Made by a program: the position numbers and the translations under genes
Notes under the pieces: model-generated
What the model saw: only the letters and a program-made list of their open reading frames with translations
What the model was told of the DNA's origin: nothing
Databases searched by the model: none
DNA from: Chiloscyllium plagiosum
Lineage: Eukaryota
Reading direction: 5' to 3'
Assembly (NCBI RefSeq): GCF_004010195.1
Contig: NC_057744.1
Span: 4,641,589-4,705,588, forward strand
Length of the DNA stretch: 64,000 bases
Shown here: positions 53,242-64,000 of the stretch, piece by piece
How positions within the stretch are numbered: the stretch's first letter is position 1
Layout: each line of letters opens with the position of its first letter

Positions 53242-53271
53242 TGTTCAGTGTTCAGTGTTCAGTGTTCAGTG
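53242..53271. repeat. (TGTTCAG)4 tandem repeat
   Basis: Direct reading. Confidence 0.9.
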
Positions 53272-53419
53272 ACCTCTGCTGAAACAATAGCACACAGGAA
53301 CTGTTGGGTATGACTTCCCCCACTCCCACTTCAGTATCATACAATCTTACAACATACAAAGAGGCCATTCAATCCATCATGCATGAGTTGGCTCATTCAC
53401 AGCGCCATTGGTCCTACTC

Positions 53420-54955
53420 CCCTATCTTTAATCATTGGTCAGACCACATATGGAGTATTGTGTTCAGTTCTGGGCAGCTTATGTAAGGAAGGACTTCAAG
53501 CCCTGGAGAGAGTCCAAACTGCATTTACTAGAACAATAGTAGGAATGAAGGATTTTAGATACAAGGAAAGATTAGAGAAATTGGGCTTAATCTCTTTGGA
53601 GCAGAGAATATCAAGAGGTAACCATATTGAGGTGTTCAAGATTATAAACAATTTTGACAGGGTGAAGAATGATATTCTGTTTCCATTAGTTGGTACGTCA
53701 GTAACTAGGGGCCACAATTTCAAGATTATCAGTAAGAGACTTAGAGTCATAGAGTCATAGAGATGTACAGCACAGAAACAGACCCTTCGGTCCAACTCAT
53801 CCATGCCGACCAGATATCCCAACTCAATCTAGTCCCATCTGCCAGCATCTGGCCCATATCCCTCCAAACCCTTCCTATTCCTATGCCCATCCAGATGCCT
53901 TTTAAATGTTGCAATTGTACCAGCCTCCACCACTTCTTCTGGCAGTTCATTCTATACACGTACCACCCTCTGCGTGAAAAAGCTGCCCCTTAGGTCTCTT
54001 TAATATCTTTCCCATCTCACCATAAACCTATGCCCTCTAGTTCTGGACTCCCTCATCCCAGGGAAGAGACTTTGTCTATTTATCCTATCCATGCCATTCA
54101 TGATTTTACAGACCTCTATAAGGTCACCCCTCAGCCTCCGACACTCCAAGGAAAACAGCACTAGTCTATTCAACCTCTTCCTATAGCTCAAATCCTCCAA
54201 CCCTGGCAACATCCTTGTAAATCTTTTCTGAATCCTTTCAAGTTTCACAAAATCCTTCCAATAGGAAGGAGACCAGAATTGCACGCAATATTACAAAAGT
54301 GGCCTAACCAATGTCCTCTGCAGCAGCAACGTGACCTCCCAACTCCAGTACTCAATACTCTGACCAAAAAAAGAAAACCATACCAAACGCCTTCTTCACT
54401 ATCCTATCTACCTGTGACTCCATTTTCAAGGAACTATGAACCTGCACTCCAAGGTCTCTTTGTTCAGCAACACTCCCTCAGACCTTACCATTAAGTGTAT
54501 CAGTCCTGCTAAGATTTGCTTTCCCAAAATGCAGCACCTCGCATTTATCTGAACTAAACTCCTTCTGCCACTTCTCAGCCCATTGGCCCATCTGATCAAG
54601 ATCCCGTTGTAATCTGAGGTAACCTTCTTCGCTGTCCACTACACCTCCAATTTTGGTGTCATCTGCAAACTTACTAACTACACCTCTTAGGCTCGCATCT
54701 TAAGAATGAGATAAGGAGAAATCTCTTTGCTCAAAGAATTGTTAGGATTTGGAATGCGTTGCCTGAGAGAGTGGTGGAAGTGGATTCCATGTGAGATTTC
54801 AAAAGCAAGCTGGGTTTATGTTTGAAACAGATGAACTTAGAGGGCTACAGAGATAGGCTGGAGAGTGGGACTAGCTGGGTAGCTCTTTCGAGAGCTGGTA
54901 CAGACACTGTGGGTCAAATGGCCTCCTTCTGGACCGTAAAATTCTTAGATTCTAT
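53420..54955. mobile_element. Old CR1 (+) split by a younger CR1 (-, ~53742-54700)
   Basis: TRGHNFKIISKRL breaks at ~53741 and continues as taagaatgagataaggagaaat at ~54701. Confidence 0.9.
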
Positions 54956-55819
54956 CTTTTCCCCATAGCCCGTGCAAACATTTTTTCCCTTCCCAAGTTT
55001 CTGTCCAATTTTCTTCTGATAGGTGATGTCACTAAAAAGCTCACTGCTATCAATGGATATGTTTATGTAGAGTTTGGGAAATGGTTCACGGTCAAATCTC
55101 TGACCTTACCTCCTTATGGATAATGGACATCAACAGGCACTACCACTATAGGGCAGTGTTGTCCAAGTATTTTATCAGTATGTGCTCTCATTAGTTTCAT
55201 TCAACTTCAGGATAACAAGTTCAAATCCCTGTTTTTTTCTTGCTGTTTGTTGATTCTAATAGTGTCCTGATTTAAGATTCATCTCCAAGTGCAGCACCAG
55301 CATTCTCCAAACCTCAAGTCTGACAAAGTTCAAACAGAATAAACAAGAACTTAATACAGCTTTTTAAATGTAACAAAATGATTTGACACATAAGGATAAT
55401 CAGCTGAAATTTGACACCGAGCAATGAGGGGGGATGTGTGAAGAGCTGGACTATAAGATGCATCTTGATAGAGGTTAGATAACTTCAGAAGGTTGGGAAG
55501 AAGCTTTCAGAACATAGTACCCACACTGCAAAGGTACTACTTCCAATTGTGGGGTGATAAAAATTGGGGGTTGTGCAAGGTCAGAATTTAAGAAGTGGAG
55601 AGGTGGACAGAGATGAACAAGCTATGGCAAGGAAGGGTATTGCATAACCAACAAATAAGCAGTTTTAAGTATTAATCAGACTGACTTTACTGAATTTCAA
55701 GAATTTGGCCATCAGAATGAAAGGTCAATCATGACCACAGGACACAGATTGAATACCCCTCATTTCATCTAGATTTTCAACTCTTGGGTATCTGAAAAGT
55801 TACCTTATTCAGACTTACA

Positions 55820-57915
55820 GATTAGTTATATAATGGAAAGAGGCCATTAGGTCCATTTTATCTGTGCTGGCCCTCTAAAGGAGCAATTCAATCCTCACCT
55901 TCTCCCTATAACCCCACCCATTCCTTCTTTTCAGATAAAAATCTGATGTCCCCTTGAAAGCCTCGATTGAAATTGCCTCCATTGCACATTCAGGTCACAC
56001 ATTCTATTCTCTAACAATTAATTGCACAAAAGATTTGTCCTCAAGTCTCCACTGATCCTGTTTCCAATTACCTTAAATCTGAGCCCTTTGGTTTTTGGCC
56101 ACTTCAACGATGGGAATAGTTTTTCTCTATTTGCTCTCTCAAGATTCTCTGTGTTTCTATAAAATAACCTCTCATCCTTCTCTGCTCCAAAGGAAAGTCT
56201 CAATGTCTCTAATAAACCAACAAAGCTGAAGTCCCTCATATCTGGAACCATTCTTGTGAATCTATTCTGCACGCTCTCACATACCTCCACATTGATCTTA
56301 GTTTTGCACCCAGAGTATAGTGCAATATTCGAATTGAGGCCCAGCCAGTGTTCCAATTTCCCCTGCCACTGTCAATAATTTATGCATATATACATCAAGG
56401 TCTCTCCGTTTCTGTAATCCTTTTAGTAGTGTATTTGGTTCATATTGTCTCTCTGCATTCTTCCTACAAAAATGAGTTACCTCACACTTTTCTGCATTGA
56501 AGTTCATCCCCCACTTGGCTGCCCTTTCCACCAGTTCATATGCATAGCTTAACTCAATCCTGCTCATGGTTCATTGTGAGACCATTCAGAAACTGGACAT
56601 TGTGAAAGGTTGTTCCAGATGGCACATTAACCCTGAGACTCTCTTCCAATACCAAGGCAAATGTCGCAAAAGATGAACAAAACTATTGTTTACATCCTTC
56701 CTCATTATAGTGATGGAAATGGAGTTATATCCAAATGGCACTGGATGCATGGACAGTAAATACAAACTGGTAAAGAATTATGTAAGAACATAAGAGTAGG
56801 CCGTATGGCCCCTCAAGCCTGCTCCCTCATGGCTGATCTTTTTTGTGTCCTCAGCTCACTTACCCGCCCTCTCATCATATCCCTTAATTCCTTTACTGTT
56901 CAAAAACCTATCTTTGCCTTAAAGACATTCAATGAGGTTGCCTCAGCTGCTGCACTGGGCTGGGAATTCCACAGATTCACAACCCCTTGGGTGACGAGGT
57001 TCCTCCCCAGCTCTGTCCGAAATCTGCTCCCCCTTATTTTTGGGCTATGGCCCCTGGTTCTCGTTTCACTCTCCAGTGGAAACAGCCTCCCTGCTTTTAT
57101 CTTATCTATTCCCTTCACAATTTTATATGTTTCTATAAGATACCCCTCATTCTTCTAAATTCCAATGAACATAATCCCAGTCTACTCAATTGTTCATAGG
57201 GTCATAGAGCCCTACAGCATGGAGACAGGCCGTTTGGCCCAAACTGGTCCATGTTGACCAAAATGTCCATCCCCATTTCTCAGCACTTAGCCCATATCCT
57301 TCTAAACCTTCCCCAACCATGTATTCATCCAAATGCCTTTTAAATGTTGTTAATGTACATGCCTCAACCACTTCCACTGGCAGCTCATTCCATATGCGCA
57401 CCACCCTCTGTGTAAAAATGTTGCCCCTCAGGTTCGTTTTTATTCTTTCCCCTCTAACTTTAAACTAACGCCTTCTCTAGTCCTTGATTTCTCAACTCTG
57501 GGGAAAAGACTGAGTGCATTCACCCTATCCATGCCTCTCACGATCTTATAACTTCTATCAGACTCTGCCCTCAGTCTCCTATGCTCTAAAGAAAAATGTG
57601 CGAGCTAGTCCAACCTCTCCCTGTAACTCAGACCGTTAAGTCCTGGCAACATCGTTGTAAATTTCTTCTGTATTCTTTCCATAACGCAACCTACTCAACT
57701 CTGGAATCACTCCCTCCAGTGCCAGAACATCCTTTTGCAAGTAAGGAGACCAAAGCTGCACACACTAATCCAGGTGTGGCCTCACCAGCACACTATACAG
57801 CATAACCTCCCTACTTTTAAAATGGGTCTCTCTAGCAATATTCCATTTGCTTTCTTAATTACCTGCTGCACCTGCAAACCAACTTTTTGCAATTCATGCA
57901 CAAGGATACCCAGGT
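55820..57915 (-). mobile_element. Cluster of CR1 fragments (~55820-56540; ~56780-57915 with nested copy ~57195-57680)
   Basis: KWGMNFNAEKCEVTHF, TRTRGHSPKIRG and VRIWNELP remnants. Confidence 0.85.
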
Positions 57916-58696
57916 CACTGAGATGTGAACTCGGAATTTAAGTCTTAATAGTAATAAATGTGTTATCTTTACCCAATATGAGCATGCCAGGAGTGATTTC
58001 AGTGGTCAGAATTCCAGTCTCAATGCTGCAGCAGAAAGCAACGGTTCAACTTAAATCTCGGCCTGAATCGCAGCTTTTGGTCTGAAAACTGCCATCGGCC
58101 CCAGAAACCCGAAAACAACACCTTTAATGTCAGAGGTATTTGTCCGACCGCTGTTGGTGACAGAGCTGGGGGAGGCAGGGTCGGATCAGCAGCGTGTGAT
58201 CAGGGAAATGCGGACGTCGGGTTATTTTCGGAGTTGGTGCAGGACAGCCTCTGAGTCTGGAGGGAGTTACTCAAACTCCAAGTAAACATACATTGGCACT
58301 TCATACACAGCTCCCAGCCAGAAACCAGCTCTCAAATCAAGTCCTTATCAGCACAGCATTCATCTGCATTTCTTATCAAACTTAAAGGAACACAATCATT
58401 TCCCTGTAGCAATCAGTCCGGCGCGTCTTTCTCTCTCTCTAACAATAATTAAACAAGGGAACGTAACCCAGAGATCGGCCACAAACGGGGAAACCGAGGA
58501 GACCACTTGTATAAAACAAAAGACAATGAAAAACAGCAAGCAAAAGAAAGAAACCTCGCAGTACTAAGATTAATGCGAAACCTGTTCTCTGCGGATGGAG
58601 AGGACTCAATGAAATCCACTCACTGGTTAATAAATCGTCTTTTTTTAAAAAAAGTTCACAGTCACCGCAATGCTAGCCTGAGGTCCCTGTTCTTAC

Positions 58697-58784
58697 CGAT
58701 CACAACAGCCGTTAAAAGTCTACTCGGGAAGGCTTTTGCTGCTTCCTCTCCACCGAAGTCCAAGGGCATTTTCTGAGCCCTCAT
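58697..58784 (-). CDS. SCN4B: SCN4B exon 1 coding part (MRAQKMPLDFGGEEAAKAFPSRLLTAVVI); alternative ATG at 58769
   Basis: G/GTAAGA phase-1 donor joins exon 2 in frame. Resembles human MPGAGDGGKAPARWLGTGLL. Lies in a CpG-richer region. Confidence 0.82.
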
Positions 58785-59020
58785 TCTGGGAGAGTTCGAT
58801 CAATACCTGCGGCTCAGAATCCCGGGATGTTGTGGGAGGGAAGGGGGCAGGAAACACTGGGGGAGTGCTGCTTTGAAACCCCAGAGAGTGTGTGTGTGTC
58901 TGTGTGTGTGAGAGAGAGAGAGAGACGGGGTGGGGAGCCAGCAGCTCTCACTCTGGGGATGGTCATAGAGGATCTGCACTTGTCAGGGATTGAGACACAG
59001 AGAGAGACACAGAGAGAGAG

Positions 59021-59071
59021 AAGGGGAGGAACTGCGTCGGTGTCGAGCGTACTTTTGAATGCACAATAACC

Positions 59072-59102
<31 letters not shown>

Positions 59103-59152
59103 AGGGGAGGAACTGCGTCGGTGTCGAGCGTACTTTTGAATGCACAATAACC
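59021..59152. repeat. Perfect 51-bp direct duplication separated by a GA tract
   Basis: aaggggaggaactgcgtcggtgtcgagcgtacttttgaatgcacaataacc at 59021-59071 and 59102-59152. Confidence 0.97.
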
Positions 59153-60423
59153 TCCCACTTGTTCTCTCTCCCTCTCTCCACACACACACACTGCGTAAAC
59201 CTGCTCCTGAAGCCGGGACAGCAGCGAAAAGCCCCTTATCATTCCGTTCACTGCAAATTCTGCATTGCAGTCACAAAACTGCTTTCGTCATCAGCCAAGA
59301 GGGACCAAGCAAAACACCAGTCTGCAAAGACACGGCGATTTATTACCAACATAAACCCTACTCTCAATAACTTTGCAAATGTAGGTAGTCCCAGACCATT
59401 GTAAATTGTTTCCCACCCCCACAATAATTTATCAAAGTTTTTAACAACTTTCTGAACTTCATCGCCTGGCTCTTTAACTTCAAGATTGAAGGCGTTCAGA
59501 GAAACTGGCTTGAATTCTGCGGACTGATTTGGAATGTTATTGCAGTGATCAATAGGTTTCGGGACATCTTGGGAATATTGGTTTTTGGACCACTGTGACT
59601 TTGATGGGATCACATTCCACCCTTCAGTGCCTCCCTGAACTAGCTCCTAAAATAGAAAGCTCTATCAAATGGACAGTTCCGGTAGCTGTGCTTCCCGATT
59701 CCGGGAATATGCCACAGGATAGGGAGCTAGGGTAAAGCTGCTCACCTTCCAGTTTCTCTCCTGGCTTGAAGGAAGCCAGGGTCCTACAGGGATCCGATTC
59801 CACAGGCTGCACTTGGCACAACAGCCGAGTCCGTTTCAGTCCCCGGTCACCCACCCCATCACCATTATCCTGGCATCAAACTGGCAACGGAGGGGGGTGT
59901 CAAAATGGAGGCGGATGTACCCTCATTGTCCAATCCCTTCCCTGGCCTCTCCCCTCCCTGTCTTTCCGAACTTTCTTCACCTCACACCCTCCTATCTGCA
60001 CTCCACTTACTCCGGCTTCTTGCACATTCCCATATATAGCCACTCCATAACTGGTGGTCATGCTGTCTGTCACCCAAATCCCTGCTACTAGGAGTTCCTC
60101 CCTGAGCCCCTCTGCCTTGGGACCTCAATCTCCTCCCTTAACATGCTTCTTAAACTAACTTTTTTGACCACGTTTTTGGTCACCTGCACTCTTGGCTGGT
60201 TCATGGTTGGAGTTAATCTAATGATGCTCTTGTCAAGTATCTTGAAGCATTTCAGGTTGAAGGTGTTTTATAATTACTTATTGTGATTGTTGCTTGATGC
60301 TCCCTCTTCTGTCCAAGCTTTGCATCTCAAGTGTTGGTTTGTTCTTTAGGGAGACTGTGGAACTCATTGCTGCAGAGGGCTACAGGTCATTGAGTGTATT
60401 TAAGACAGAGATAGATAGTAATA

Positions 60424-60868
60424 GAGGTAAAAACAATGACTGCAGATGCTGGAAACCAGATTCTGGATCAATGGTGCTGGAAGAGCTGCCTGAATTGCTG
60501 TGCTCTTCCAGCACCACTAATCCAGAATCTGGTTTCCAGCATCTGCAGTCATTGTTTTTACCTCATTGATTTTAACCCTACTGCGAATCCTCTTGCAAGG
60601 ATGCCTGCCTTGAAGAAGTTTTCCTCCTCTCTCTACAAGAATCTCAGGGAGTCCCTCTCCCACTGCAACTCCCAGGTCATTTCCTCTGCCCTGAAGCTCT
60701 TACTCTATGCTACTCTCTCCTCACCCCCACCCTCCCCTAGCTTATCTCTCCACGCTTCAGGCTCTCTGCCTTTATTCCTGATGAAGGGCTTTTGCCCGAA
60801 ACGTCGATTTTGCTGAAGGTCCTCGGATGCTGCCTGAACTGCTGTGCTCTTCCAGCACCATTGATCTA
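60424..60868 (+). mobile_element. Internally deleted Penelope-like element (inverted 5' piece, pLTR, internal fragment, pLTR with hammerhead)
   Basis: Inverted arm ~60424-60485 pairs with ~60500-60563. Direct repeat TAGATAGTAATAGAG at 60412-60426 and 60867-60881. Inserted into a CR1 3' fragment. Confidence 0.8.
60774..60809 (+). ncRNA. Minimal hammerhead ribozyme motif in a Penelope pLTR
   Basis: attc-CTGATGA-a-gggc(tttt)gccc-GAAA-cgt-C-gatt; all core nucleotides present. Confidence 0.68.
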
Positions 60869-61362
60869 GATAGTAATAGAGTCAAGGGTTATGGGGAGAA
60901 GGGAGGGAAATTGGGTTGGGAAACATGTCAGCCATGATTAATTAGCAGAGCAGACTTGATGGGTTGAATCTGCTCCTTTATCTTGTGGTCTTATGGAAAC
61001 AAAAGCACAGTATTCAGACTGGGCCTCCCTTCAAATAAACAGCACAGTGAGAGTGATGACCGCAACATTACTCAGAGCACTAAGCTCAGGGAACAAGTTG
61101 CTCATTTGTAATTTCTTTAGGGAGCAGAGATGCTTTCTAAGAAGAATGCCCTACCTCAGTCACAGCCTTCCCCACTTCCCTCAACCTCCTTCTCAGCTCC
61201 ACCACCAATTCCCCTAGTGACAACACCATGTTGTCCTCCACAATTTGCAGCCTGCCTCCCCTTCCCAGTGACAGCCAGTTGTCCTCCTCTCTCTAGCAGT
61301 GACATCCCAGCTATTTCCCAGATCAGCCACAATCTTATTGGGTGGCACAGCACAAAACACTA

Positions 61363-62723
61363 CACCACCCCTGTAATATCACCACCCATGTAACATCACC
61401 ACCTCTGTAATATCACCATCTCTATAATATCACCACCTCTGTAATATCATCATCTCTGTCATCTCTGATGATGGACGAGGGAGATCCAGTAGATGTAGTG
61501 TACCTGGACTTTCAGAAAGTTTTTGATAAAGTCCCACATAGAAGATTAGTGAGCAAAATTATGGCGCATGGTATTGGGGGCAAAGTACTAACTTGAATTG
61601 AAAGTTGGTTGGCTGATAGGAAACAAAGAGTAGTGATAAACGGCTCCATTTCGGAATGGCAGGTAGTAACCAGTGGGGTACCGCAGGGATCAGTACTGGG
61701 ACCGCAGCTTTTTACAATATATGTTAATGATATAGAAGATGGTATTAGTAATAACATTAGCGGCAGATTACTACCTCACTGGAATCAATTTATGTAAAGG
61801 GGCAGTACAGAGAGATCTGGGGGTTCTTGTACACCACTCAATGAAGGTCTGCATGCAGGTACAGCAGGTAGTGAAGAAGGCTAATAGCATGCTGGCCTTC
61901 ATAACAAGAGTGATTGAGTATAGAAGCAAAGAGGTTCTTCTGCAGCTGTACAGGGCCCTGGTGAGATCGCACCTGGAATATTGTGTGTAGTTCTGGTCTC
62001 CAAATTTGAGGAAAGCAGCATAGGTTCATGAGGTCAATTCCTGGAATGGCGGGATTACCTTACACTGAAAGACTGGAGCGACTAGGCTTGTATACCCTTG
62101 AGTTTAGAAGGCTGAGAGGGGATCTGATTGAGACATATCAGATTATTAAAGGATTAGACACTCTGGAGGCAGGAAACATATTTCCGCAGATGGGTGAGTG
62201 CCGAACCAGAGGACACAGCTTAAAAATATGGGGTAGACCATTTAGGACAGAGATGAGGAGAAACTTCTTCACCCAGAGAGTGGTGGCTGTGTGGAATGCT
62301 CTGCCCCAGAGGGCAGTGGAGGGCCAGTCTCTGGATTCATTTAAGAAAGAGTTGGATAGAGCTCTCAAGGATTGTGGAATGAAGGGTTATGGAAATATGG
62401 CAGGAACAGGATACTGATTAAGGATGATCAGCCATGATCATATTGAATGGTGGTGCAGGCTCGAAGGGCAGAATGGCCTACTCCTGCACCTATTATCCAT
62501 TGTCTATTGTCTATTATCTCACCACACCTGTAATATCACCACCCCTGTAATATCACCACCCCTGTGATGCCACCACCCCTGTAATATCACCACACCTGTA
62601 ATATCACCAACTCTGTAATGTCACCACCCTTGTATTATCACCACCCCTGTAATATTATCACCCCTCTAATATCACCACCCTTGTAATATCACCACCTCTG
62701 TAATATCATGAACTCTGTGTTAT
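61363..62723. repeat. 17-bp minisatellite (caccacccctgtaatat) split by a CR1 insertion
   Basis: About 6 units at 61363-61462 and about 12 units at 62520-62723. Confidence 0.95.
61468..62515 (+). mobile_element. 5'-truncated CR1 with internal deletions (FADD region missing)
   Basis: DVVYLDFQKVFDKVPH, VTSGVPQGSVLGPQLF, LYRALVRSHLEYCV; tctattg-type tail. Confidence 0.92.
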
Positions 62724-63141
62724 CTGACCTCAATGCACCTGTCTAATGGCACGCTGATGCAGGAGTAAGCAAAAACAACCTTTGTTTAAAATAAAGCTTC
62801 CTATGACACTTCGTAGAAACAACATAACACACAATATAACACTAAGTGACATAAGAAGATATTGGGTCAGATGATCAAAGGTTTGGTCAAAGTAATAAAG
62901 GGTGAATTCACCATAATCCCGCTCTGTCATTAGAGAGAGATGACTGGTGATAGTTTAACCTGAGGATCACTTTATCTCAGGTGAGAAGTTGAGAAGGGAA
63001 GTCCTTCGTGGTAACCTCGGCTACTGCAGGTTCTGAACCCACAGAACTATTGGCATTGCAAACTAGCAACTGAGCTAACTGAGGTTAGGTATTAGGGAGT
63101 GTCTTAAAGTAGGGAGAGAGATGTAGGAGGATAGTCTAGAG

Positions 63142-64000
63142 CAGGAGTGGGGAACCTGCAGCTTTAAGGCGGCATGCGGCTTTCTAGGCCATTTTGTGTG
63201 GCCTTTTGAATGAATCCAAATTTTGCAGAACAATCTTTTAATTTTTATTAATATGTTTTTTCGTCCTTTATTATTTTTATTTTAATCTTAAAATGAATGT
63301 ATTTAAAATACCAGAGAGTAAAAGGAAATTCAACGAAATAATCCTCACAGACTGGCCGCCACAATTAAAAAGTTGGTAAGTCATAAGGGCTATTACGACA
63401 CCTGCAGGGACAGGTGTTACCACAAATTTTATCTTTGCGAGAACAGATAATTAAATTTTATGAAGAATAGAGTCATCAGTGCGAATTAGTGAAAGAAGAT
63501 TTCTATAGAAGTGCTGCATTTCTGTGTGATATCATGTCAAAACAAAATGACTTGAATATTTCTTTGTAAGGTAAAACTAGGTCTATATACGATATGTGGC
63601 AAAAAATCCAAGCATTTCGAAAAAAGCTATCTTTTTTCAAAACTCTTCTTCTTCAAAAGGAAATTTTGGATGACCATTTTCCCCAGTTAGCAAAGGTCAT
63701 TGATGAACAGAAGGATTCTTGCAAATCATTTGAAGAATACGCAGCTGTTATAGACTTATTAATTGGAGAATACAATGAAAGGTTCTCTGACTTTGAAAAA
63801 CATGTCATCACACTCAAATTAGCATTTCAACCTCACCTAGTTGATGCCTCCAAGGCTCCTAAAGAACTACAGATGGAATTGATTGAGCTCTCAGAAGAAG
63901 ACATTTTAAAGTCCTTATTTGATGCTAAGAAAGATCTGATTGAAATATGGAAAAATGTAACTGAATACCCATGCCTTCGGCAACATGCACGAAAAATGCT
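63142..64000 (+). mobile_element. hAT/Charlie-group DNA transposon, internally deleted, with transposase remnant (GTF2IRD2/EPM2AIP1-like); runs off the window
   Basis: Starts CAGGAGTGGGGAACCTG after GTCTAGAG (Charlie-type target). The frame from 63405 reads AFLCDI...NDLNISL*G...IQAFRKKL...HFPQL...YNERFSDF...LQMELIEL...EYPCLRQHARKM, with stops only at 63468 and 63567. Confidence 0.9.

Larger units (their letters stand above)
58000..59350 (-). promoter_or_regulatory. CpG-enriched SCN4B promoter / first exon region with GA and GT microsatellites
   Basis: Visibly more CpG dinucleotides than the rest of the window; surrounds exon 1. Confidence 0.55.

Noticed and set aside
59200-64000. SCN2B exons expected from synteny
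   Set aside because: No Ig, TM or tail sequence resembling beta2 was found in this interval.

Overview
Vertebrate genomic DNA, most likely from a shark: it carries HE1-type V-SINEs, HER1/CR1 LINEs and Deu-domain SINEs. It holds two convergent spliced genes. On the + strand is a TMPRSS4-like type II transmembrane serine protease (TM, LDLa, SRCR and trypsin domains). Eleven coding exons were reconstructed between 3326 and 23794 with consistent splice phases, plus a candidate upstream exon at 875-959; the start codon was not located. On the - strand is a complete SCN4B (Nav beta4) with 5 coding exons from 58784 to 38186, about 229-234 aa. This matches the mammalian TMPRSS4-SCN4B neighbourhood. 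Most of the rest is transposon-derived: nested CR1 LINE fragments, a second CR1/L2-group LINE, SINEs, a Tigger-like MITE, a young internally deleted hAT/Charlie element at the right edge, minisatellites and a 176-N gap. The most notable non-obvious signal is a set of Penelope-like retroelement remnants carrying minimal hammerhead ribozyme motifs (CUGANGA / stem II / GAAA / palindromic stem III / NUH). Several are core-intact and lie sense within the two pre-mRNAs. Repeat boundaries are approximate and were read by eye.
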